DNA of 64,000 bases, taken from NCBI GenBank assembly GCA_958431155.1, contig OY288106.1, forward strand, positions 141,161 to 205,160, written 5' to 3'. Of the stretch, positions 42,867 to 50,648 are shown one piece after another. Every line of letters begins with the position of its first letter. Positions within the stretch are counted from its first letter, which is position 1. The stretch comes from an uncultured candidatus Porisulfidus sp. (lineage in GTDB: Bacteria > Pseudomonadota > Gammaproteobacteria > Poriferisulfidales > Poriferisulfidaceae). The translations under genes and the position numbers were made by a program. The notes under the pieces were generated by a model. That model was not told where the DNA came from and searched no databases. It saw only the letters and a list, made by a program, of their open reading frames with translations.

Positions 42867-44047
42867 AGCGACTGGTAGTAGTCCATCAGGATCCGGGCGA
42901 TCTCCGGGCGGGCGAATTCCAACGGCAGGTCCTCGCCATTGGACAACATCTCCCGCACCCGGGTGCCGGACAGCAGGACAAAGTCCTCTGGCTGGTGGTC
43001 CGGTGCGTCGCGCATCATGACCACCTTGTCGAGCTTCTTGGAGTATGCAGTGTGGTCGGCACGGAAGATCTCGATATCCAGCGCGTCCTGCGAGGCCTGA
43101 TCATCGAAGATCGTCTGCGCATCGAATGCTCCATAGTAGTCGCCGACTCCGGCATGGTCGCGCCCGACGATCAGGTGCGTGCAGCCGGCGTTCTGGCGGA
43201 AGATGGCGTGCAGCACCGCTTCGCGCGGGCCGGCATAAAGCATGTCGAAGCCGTAGCCGGTGATCATCACCGTGTTGGGTGGGAAGTAGAGTTCGACCAT
43301 CTTGCGGATGGCGGCGTCGCGGACGTGGGCCGGGATGTCGCCGGGTTTCAGGCGTCCGAGCAGCATGTGGATGAGCACGCCGTCGGCACCGACCGTCTCC
43401 TGGGCGATCTTGCACAGTTCCTCATGGGCGCGGTGCATCGGGTTGCGGGTCTGGAAGGCCACCACGCGGTTCCAGCCACGCTCGCCGATCTCGTCGCGGA
43501 TCTGCACTGCGGTGCGGAACGTGCCGGCGAATTCCTCCGGGAAGTAGCTGTAGTCCAGCACCTCGATCGGTCCGGAAACCAGGATGCGGCCGTTCTCCAA
43601 AAAGGTCTTGACGCCGGGGTGCTCGGGGTCGGCGGTTCGGAAGACCTGCTCGGCCAGGCGCTCGAGGTCGGCCTCGGACAGGGTCTCGACGGCCTCGACC
43701 TGCTGGATGGCCAGCACCGGGTGGCCGTCCCGGTTGCAATCGCGCAGGGCGATGCGCGACGCGCCCTCAATGGCGGAGGCGTCCCGCGTCTGGTTGAGGA
43801 TCGGCACCGGCCAGAACAGGCCGGATTCGGTGCGCATCTCGCGCCCGACGCGCAGGGCGTCTGCGGCGTTCATGTATCCGGTGAGCGGGGTGAAGTACCC
43901 GCCGGCCATCATGACGGCATTGGCGACGGCGGCAGAGTTGAGCAGAAGAGAAGGCAAGGATTCGGCCTCGTCCCGAAGCGCGGCCGCGCGCCCGGCGTCT
44001 TCCACGGCGAGCGGGGTCAGTTGCTCGCTGGCGTAGGGGTTGATCAT
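42863..44047 (-). CDS. sat: sulfate adenylyltransferase (ATP sulfurylase, single-chain Sat type)
   Basis: 394 aa; QTRN, GRDHAG, HxxH-like motifs of ATP sulfurylase; internal Met start. Confidence 0.88.
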   Translation of the reverse strand: MINPYASEQLTPLAVEDAGRAAALRDEAESLPSLLLNSAAVANAVMMAGGYFTPLTGYMNAADALRVGREMRTESGLFWPVPILNQTRDASAIEGASRIALRDCNRDGHPVLAIQQVEAVETLSEADLERLAEQVFRTADPEHPGVKTFLENGRILVSGPIEVLDYSYFPEEFAGTFRTAVQIRDEIGERGWNRVVAFQTRNPMHRAHEELCKIAQETVGADGVLIHMLLGRLKPGDIPAHVRDAAIRKMVELYFPPNTVMITGYGFDMLYAGPREAVLHAIFRQNAGCTHLIVGRDHAGVGDYYGAFDAQTIFDDQASQDALDIEIFRADHTAYSKKLDKVVMMRDAPDHQPEDFVLLSGTRVREMLSNGEDLPLEFARPEIARILMDYYQSL

Positions 44048-44102
44048 CGGTCTGTCCGGTGAAAAAAGGAAACCATTGTACTGGTTGCCTGGCCAGCGCG
44101 CG

Positions 44103-45566
44103 TCACTGGTCCGGGGAGTCCGGCCCCGAACGCCCGTAGGCATCCTCGAAGCGGGTGATGTCGTCCTCGCCGAGGTAGTCGCCCGACTGCACTTCGATCA
44201 GTTCCAGCGGGGTTTCCGCCGGATTTTCCAGCCGATGCTTCGTGCCGGCCGGGATGTAGGTGGATTCGTTCTCCGAGAGCAGGAAGGTTTCTTCTCCCCG
44301 CGTCACCCGCGCGGTACCGCGCACCACCACCCAGTGCTCCGCCCGGTGCCGGTGCGATTGAAGCGAGAGCTGCTGGCCCGGGTCGACGATGATGTGCTTG
44401 ACCTGGAACCGGTTGCCGCTGTGTACCGAGTCGTAGTGCCCCCAGGGGCGGTAGACCTTGCGGTGGTACCGGCACTCATCGCGGTCGTCCTGCTTGAGTC
44501 GCTCGACCAGTTTCTTGGTGTCTTGGGTCGCGTGCTTGCCGGCGACGAGCAGGGCGTCGGGCGTGTCGATGATAACGAGATCCTCCACACCAAGCGCCGT
44601 CACCAGCCGGGTCTCGCCGCGCGCGTAGGTGTTTCGGGCATCCTGCAGGATCACGTCGCCCTGGGCCACGTTGCCGCATTCGTCCTTATCGGCATGATCG
44701 GACAAATCCGCGAGCGCAGTCCAGGACCCGACGTCGGACCAATCGCTTCCAAGCGGCACCACGACCGCCTCCGAGGTGTGCTCCATGACGGCGTAGTCCA
44801 CCGAAATGGCGGGGGACCGTGCGAAGGATTCCGCATTCAGACGCAGGAATCCGAGATCCGGGGTTGCGTTGCCGTGAGCTTCCCGGATGGACTCAAGGAC
44901 CGGGGCTGCGTGCTGCTGCAGTTCCCCAAGGTAGCGGGTGGCCCCGAAGACGAACATGCCGCTGTTCCAGTAGCAGTCGCCGGCCTCGATCAGCGCGGCG
45001 GCATTCCCGGCATCCGGCTTTTCCACGAAGCGCTCCACGACCCGGCCGCCCTCGCTTGCACCGGTGGGGGAGCCCGCCTTGATGTAGCCGTAGCCGGTTT
45101 CCGGATAGGTGGGGGTTGCGCCAAACGTCACGAGGTGGCCTGTGGCGGCCTCCTGGGTTGCTTCTCCGACCGCCTGCACGAATTTCTCGGTATTCCGGAT
45201 GATGTGGTCCGTGGGTGTGACCAGGAGAATCGGATCGTCGCCGTCGTCGCACCGGGCCAAGGCCTCCAACGCCGCAGAGGCGATGGCCGGTGCCGTGTTG
45301 CGGGCCGTCGGCTCCAGGAGAATGGCCGTCGGCGTCACCCCGATTGCCTGAAATTGTTCCACCACCATGAACCGATGTTTCTTGTTGCAGACCACGATGG
45401 GAGGACGCAGGTCGTCGATGGCTTCCAGCCTGAGGACGGTGGCCTGCAGCAGGGTGTGCTTGTCCACTAGGGCAATGAGCTGCTTCGGGTAGGCTTCCCG
45501 GGACAGCGGCCAGAGCCGGCTGCCGGCACCGCCGGAAAGGATGACAGGAAATAAGGGACCGCTCAT
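44103..45566 (-). CDS. manC: mannose-1-phosphate guanylyltransferase / mannose-6-phosphate isomerase (bifunctional, type II PMI)
   Basis: 487 aa; N-term nucleotidyltransferase GGAGSRLWPLS, C-term cupin (QSHRHRAEHWVVVRGTA). Confidence 0.9.
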   Translation of the reverse strand: MSGPLFPVILSGGAGSRLWPLSREAYPKQLIALVDKHTLLQATVLRLEAIDDLRPPIVVCNKKHRFMVVEQFQAIGVTPTAILLEPTARNTAPAIASAALEALARCDDGDDPILLVTPTDHIIRNTEKFVQAVGEATQEAATGHLVTFGATPTYPETGYGYIKAGSPTGASEGGRVVERFVEKPDAGNAAALIEAGDCYWNSGMFVFGATRYLGELQQHAAPVLESIREAHGNATPDLGFLRLNAESFARSPAISVDYAVMEHTSEAVVVPLGSDWSDVGSWTALADLSDHADKDECGNVAQGDVILQDARNTYARGETRLVTALGVEDLVIIDTPDALLVAGKHATQDTKKLVERLKQDDRDECRYHRKVYRPWGHYDSVHSGNRFQVKHIIVDPGQQLSLQSHRHRAEHWVVVRGTARVTRGEETFLLSENESTYIPAGTKHRLENPAETPLELIEVQSGDYLGEDDITRFEDAYGRSGPDSPDQ

Positions 45567-45705
45567 CGCACGACGGGTTGTCTTGGGAAAGGGGACAGTC
45601 TAGCAGAGGCTCATTGGGCTCGGTGGCCTTGCGCAACCTTCATCCCATTTGAACCCACGCATGCGTATACTGTGCATCGATTGCGTAGTCTTATTCTGAG
45701 AATTA

Positions 45706-47490
45706 ATGGTTCCAAACTCCGGCAAACACATAGCCCAAAGTTTAATTAAAAGAGCCGACCCGTACCGGGTTCTTCTGCTCGGCGTCTTCGCGGTCGCCGC
45801 CTATTTTTGCCTCGTCAATCTCGATTATGCGGCCTTGTGGTACGACGAGGCACCGGCCGCGATCATCGCCAACAACTTGCTGGAGCAGGGGGACATCATC
45901 GGCTGGGACGGACGCAACTTGGTCGGTGGCACCAACGGGAGCACGCTGAACGAGGACCTTCGAGACGTTCTGCCGCCGCTGATGTACCTGTTCAATGCCG
46001 CCGGGATTTCCGCATTCGGTTTCAACGAAGTCGGTGCGCGCATCGTTCCGGCGCTGATCGGAATCTTTGCGCTGGGGTTGCTCTTTCTGCTCGTGCGGCA
46101 GCAATTGGCAGGGTATCCGCGCCTGGTCTTTTTCGTTTTTCTATTCGCGGCCTGGTCGCCGCAACTCCTTCTGTATTTCCGCCAGTCGCGCTACTTTGCC
46201 TTCATGGCGTTCGCCTTGGTGGCCGTCTTCTATCTGTACGAGCGCTACTGGCAGACTAAAAATGTGGTGTGGCTTGTCGGCCTGACGCTCGTCGCAGCCC
46301 TCTCGTTTTTCAACCATTATGTCGGCGGAGCGGCGACCATGCTGTCGCTGGTTGCGTGGCACCTGATTTTCCATGCCCGGGAAACCACCCGGCGGGAATG
46401 GCTGGCATTTTTCCTTTGCGGGCTCCTGGTGGTGGGGCTGGGCACGGCCTATCTCGCCTTCATAGGACTGATCGGCGGGGAGCGCAGCGAATTTACCCAA
46501 ATTACCGGAATCGCGGGGCTCGAATACCAGGGGAGCGAGCCTATATTTCTGTGGAGAATGTGGGTCTATATGCGCGACATGTTCACTGCGGACTGGATCT
46601 CGTGGCCGGTATTCCTGTGGTTCGCTGGGATGCTTCTGCTCATCTGGCGCTGGCGCAGAGACCAGGTCTGGCAGGCCCGAGCTTCGAGGCAGGTCAAACG
46701 ACAGGCGCAGCGTCGGGGTACTGGCAGCCCCAAATCCGAAGTCAAGGAGCCGGCGGCCGGCTTACCGGTGTTCGCGGCTAGCCGGATCGTGCTGATGGGC
46801 GTATTGTTCGCACTGTTTTCAGCCGCGTTGTCCGTGCAGCCGATCTGGAATTATCCGGTCGCCGATCTGCGTTACTACATGGGTGCATTGCCGCTACTGC
46901 TGGCCATGAAGGGGTTGTTTGCCGAGTGGGTATGGAGAAAATCGAGAGTTGCGGGAGCAGCGACCATCGGGGCGTTGCTGTTCACCAGCGTTGGGGCTGC
47001 GCCGTTCAACATGATCGGGGTGTTCACCGGCGAGCGTACACTGGGTGCGCATTTCTTCCAGTTCATCCGCGAGATTCATCGTCCGTACCGGGACTCCGTA
47101 CAGGTCGTGTCCGACTACCTTCTGGAGCATGCCGACAAGGACGACTTGGTGTATGTGCCAAGCTTCAATAGCCGTGAGGCATTGACCTTCAGGGTCGGCC
47201 ACCATGTCCGGTTATGTTGCGTCCTTCACAAGAACACGCATTTACCGCATGCCGCGGTCGAGGCGCTGGATGCCCCCTTGTATATCGAGGAACACACACC
47301 CGAATGGATCGTCCTGTTCGACCACAGGTTGGAAGAATTAAGGAAAGGGATTGAATCGCACTATGTGGTGGTCGAGAAACTGGATGTGCACTGGTACCAG
47401 ACGCAGCGCCCGGAGTTGAACTTCCGGGCCTTCGAGCCTTTGCCTGCCCGGCATGGTGTCCTCGTCCTGCGTCAGAAAGACGAGCCGTAG
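45706..47490 (+). CDS. GT-C membrane glycosyltransferase, PMT_2 / ArnT-like (GT39/GT83 family)
   Basis: 594 aa, ~12 TM; first-loop WYDEA (DE) motif; large C-terminal soluble domain. Confidence 0.7.
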   Translation: MVPNSGKHIAQSLIKRADPYRVLLLGVFAVAAYFCLVNLDYAALWYDEAPAAIIANNLLEQGDIIGWDGRNLVGGTNGSTLNEDLRDVLPPLMYLFNAAGISAFGFNEVGARIVPALIGIFALGLLFLLVRQQLAGYPRLVFFVFLFAAWSPQLLLYFRQSRYFAFMAFALVAVFYLYERYWQTKNVVWLVGLTLVAALSFFNHYVGGAATMLSLVAWHLIFHARETTRREWLAFFLCGLLVVGLGTAYLAFIGLIGGERSEFTQITGIAGLEYQGSEPIFLWRMWVYMRDMFTADWISWPVFLWFAGMLLLIWRWRRDQVWQARASRQVKRQAQRRGTGSPKSEVKEPAAGLPVFAASRIVLMGVLFALFSAALSVQPIWNYPVADLRYYMGALPLLLAMKGLFAEWVWRKSRVAGAATIGALLFTSVGAAPFNMIGVFTGERTLGAHFFQFIREIHRPYRDSVQVVSDYLLEHADKDDLVYVPSFNSREALTFRVGHHVRLCCVLHKNTHLPHAAVEALDAPLYIEEHTPEWIVLFDHRLEELRKGIESHYVVVEKLDVHWYQTQRPELNFRAFEPLPARHGVLVLRQKDEP

Positions 47491-47529
47491 AACTGACCTG
47501 TCTCCGCGAGGCCCTGGAAGGAGGGTTGG

Positions 47530-49206
47530 TTAGTCCGCGTAGCGGATTCCGAAATCGGCAGGAGGAAGCAGGCTGTTGGGTTTGATTTTCTTCATGGTGA
47601 CATACCAGCCAGCGGTGACGTTTGGCGCGTAGTCTCGCCACCGTCGAACTTCCGGATCTCTTGCCTCGCGGCGCCAGATGCGAACCGGGCCGAACTCCCG
47701 CTCGATCCGATGGCCGGGAATGACCAAATCCGGATTTTCGGACAGGATGTGGCTGGCGGACCGGGCTAAGTTGTGTGTGGTCGTCTCGCCGATGATCTGG
47801 AGTGTTCTCCTGTCGTAGAACGGTATTTTCCGGTGGAGGTAGTAGTAACCGGGTAGTTCGTGATAGTACCGGTCGCCATGCACCACTCCCGTGACGCCAG
47901 GTGCCTGCGCGAGATAGCGATAGGCTTCGAATAGCGGATTCCGCTCGCGGAAGAAATTGATGGTTCCATGATAGTTTGAATAGCCGTGATAGACCCGGTG
48001 CTGTTCGGGCAGCGCGTTCAGGATTCCCGCCACCGAGACTAGTGCGAATACGGAAGCTATGGCTGTAGCCGGCCAGGGTGGGTGGGGCCAGCGCGCAGCG
48101 AGCCGAGCCGTCAAGTCCGAGCCGATCAGAAGCCAGAGGGGAATCGCCGCGAAAATAAATCGGTACTCCTTGTGTGCCGACAGGGAATGGATCAACAGGA
48201 TTATGGTGGCCATGACGAGCAGGAATCCGTAGCGCCGGGGATTGAATAGGGCTGCCAGAACGCAGAGTGCCCCCAATCCGGTACTCGCAAGCCCAAGCCA
48301 CAGGAGGAACTGATAGGGCGGGCTTTCGCCGGTGCGCATCGGGTCGAGAACGAGGTTGGCCTGGATATTTGTGAAGTAGGAATGGAACAATCCGGCGTCC
48401 CACGTGATTCCATCGAACAGGCCGATGGCGAGAAAAGCCGTGATGGCCGCCAGCGTCAGCTGCATCCGGTGACGGGTGTAGAGAAAAGCCACTCCCAGGG
48501 GGAGCAATGCGAGCGGCGCGTACTGCAGGCGTGTGGCTGCCACGAGAACCGAAAGAAAGGCGGTCAGCCAAATCGTTCGGGTCCGATCCAAGGGCGTGCG
48601 CATGCACAGCGCGAGCAGCACGCAGAGCAGGGCTGTCGCCACGAATTCCGTCATCGGCTTGTGGGCGAAACCGACCAGTTCGTACCAGAAGGCTCCCGCT
48701 ACAAGCGCAATTCTTGCTGCCGTCTCGCTGAAATGCCGGCGGGCGAAAAAGTACATCCCCGCCGGAATCAGCAGGGAGACCGCGCAGAACAGGAGTTTGA
48801 TTGCATCGATGTACCAGTGCGGCTGGCCGAGGCCGAGCAGGTCGAACAATGCCAGCGCCGCCGCGACCAGCCCGGGCACCAGCCAGGAGCGCCCGCCGTA
48901 GAAGAACTCCCAGTGGATGATGCCGCTGCCGAACACCAGACGATGTGCCGGCTCCAGGTACTGCATGATCTCGTCCGGGTGCAGAGCAAAGTCTCCCGCC
49001 AGGGCCACTGCCGCGCGTGCCGCGAAAGCCAGAATCAGTATCCACGGCAGGAGTTTCCAGTAAGGTTCGCCAGGTGTCTGCGGATGGAGCAGGGCGTCGG
49101 GAATCGCCCGCATGCGTTGCCGGAGCGGAACCGCCTGCGGCTCCGGGGGACGACTGGTGAGAGCCCGCCGCTGCGCCTGCCTCCTTTTTCTTTCCGCTTT
49201 GCCCAT
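47530..49206 (-). CDS. GT-C membrane mannosyltransferase, GT22 (PIG-B/Alg9-like) family; start may be 49113
   Basis: 558 aa polytopic; N-terminal HPDEIMQYLEPAHR matches GT22 HxDE..Q signature. Confidence 0.6.
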   Translation of the reverse strand: MGKAERKRRQAQRRALTSRPPEPQAVPLRQRMRAIPDALLHPQTPGEPYWKLLPWILILAFAARAAVALAGDFALHPDEIMQYLEPAHRLVFGSGIIHWEFFYGGRSWLVPGLVAAALALFDLLGLGQPHWYIDAIKLLFCAVSLLIPAGMYFFARRHFSETAARIALVAGAFWYELVGFAHKPMTEFVATALLCVLLALCMRTPLDRTRTIWLTAFLSVLVAATRLQYAPLALLPLGVAFLYTRHRMQLTLAAITAFLAIGLFDGITWDAGLFHSYFTNIQANLVLDPMRTGESPPYQFLLWLGLASTGLGALCVLAALFNPRRYGFLLVMATIILLIHSLSAHKEYRFIFAAIPLWLLIGSDLTARLAARWPHPPWPATAIASVFALVSVAGILNALPEQHRVYHGYSNYHGTINFFRERNPLFEAYRYLAQAPGVTGVVHGDRYYHELPGYYYLHRKIPFYDRRTLQIIGETTTHNLARSASHILSENPDLVIPGHRIEREFGPVRIWRREARDPEVRRWRDYAPNVTAGWYVTMKKIKPNSLLPPADFGIRYAD

Positions 49207-49441
49207 TTGAGAGTTCCGAAACCGGGAGGGTGTTTTTTGAGAGTCCGGCTGGCCTGCATTCGCTCGGCTGCCCTAAATTCAGCATTTCCCAGCGTTTTTC
49301 TATTGATCACTATATTCTAATGGATAGGGGCAATCCTTGGCACCATTCGGTCTAGGGGATAGAGGATGGCCATGTCCTACAATAGCGTCGAGCCCTTAAG
49401 CACTGCTCAGTGTTTAATATCGAACTCCTAGACCCGAGATT

Positions 49442-50641
49442 TCAGGCATGACGCCTTTGCTTGCCCCGGATGATTCCAGACCTGCTCTGAATCAGGAGGT
49501 CTCTATCGTGGTGCCGACCTTCCGCGAGGCGGACAACCTCCCGGTCTTGGCCAGGCGCATCGACGCCGCGCTGTCCGGGAGCGGAATCGAGTGGGAACTG
49601 ATTCTGGTCGATGACGATTCGGGCGACGGTAGCGAAGAAGCAGCCGAAAAACTGGCACAGCACTTGCCGGTGCGCATGGAAGTGCGCCGTGAGCCACCCC
49701 GGGACCTGTCCCTGTCGGTACTCCATGGAATCCGCATCGGCCGGTTCGACCGGATCGTGGTTATGGATGCCGACCTGTCGCATCCGCCGGAGCGCATCCC
49801 CGACCTGATCTGCGCACTGGACGGCGAGTGCGACATGGCCGTGGGCAGCCGCTATGTGTCCGGCGGCCGCATCGATCAGGGCTGGAGCCTGTGGCGCCTT
49901 CTGAACTCGTACGGAGCCACCCTGCTGGCACGTCCGCTGGCGGACTGCTCCGACCCGATGTCGGGATTCTTCGCGCTCGACCGCCGCATGCTCCCGGATC
50001 TGGAACAACTGCGGCCGGTCGGCTACAAGATCGGTCTTGAACTCATGGTGCGAGGACGATTGCGGGTGGTGGAAGTCCCGATTGATTTTGCCGATCGGGA
50101 TCGTGGCGCAAGCAAGATGAACCTGCGCCAGCAACTCAACTACCTTCGCCACCTCAAACGTCTGTACCTGTACCGTTTCGGCGGTTTAGCGCGTGTGTTG
50201 AGCTTCGGCATGGTGGGGGTCAGCGGCTTCGTCATCGATCTCGTTTTCTACTTGGGCCTGCAGGCCTTGGGCCTTGAGCACCGTCTGGCGCGCTTTGTGT
50301 CTTTTTGGCCTGCGGTCAGCTGGAACTGGTGGTTAAACCGGCGCGTCACTTTCGATGATCGCCCGCGGCAGGCCCCGACTCGCCAATGGGCCCGATTCGT
50401 GATCGCGAGTCTGGTCGGACTGGGCGTCAACGTCGGCAGTTACCTGGCCCTGACAAGCTACGTGGCGGTGTTCGCCCGCTATCCGCTATTCGCATTCTTT
50501 CTCGGAATCGCCCTTGGCGGGGGGATCAATTTTCTGGTCTCGACCCTGTATGTCTACCGATGGCATTCGGCTTCGAAAGGGGGTTCCAACCGGGAGACAT
50601 CCGCCTGCTCCGACGCCGTGCCGCCGCGCGAGGAGCGCTGA
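49442..50641 (+). CDS. polyprenol-phosphate mannose synthase-like GT2 fused to GtrA-like 4-TM domain
   Basis: 397 aa; VVPTFREADNL, VDDDSGDGS (DxD) GT2 motifs; C-terminal GtrA-like TM bundle. Confidence 0.78.
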   Translation, partial: SGMTPLLAPDDSRPALNQEVSIVVPTFREADNLPVLARRIDAALSGSGIEWELILVDDDSGDGSEEAAEKLAQHLPVRMEVRREPPRDLSLSVLHGIRIGRFDRIVVMDADLSHPPERIPDLICALDGECDMAVGSRYVSGGRIDQGWSLWRLLNSYGATLLARPLADCSDPMSGFFALDRRMLPDLEQLRPVGYKIGLELMVRGRLRVVEVPIDFADRDRGASKMNLRQQLNYLRHLKRLYLYRFGGLARVLSFGMVGVSGFVIDLVFYLGLQALGLEHRLARFVSFWPAVSWNWWLNRRVTFDDRPRQAPTRQWARFVIASLVGLGVNVGSYLALTSYVAVFARYPLFAFFLGIALGGGINFLVSTLYVYRWHSASKGGSNRETSACSDAVPPREER

Positions 50642-50648
50642 GGATTCG

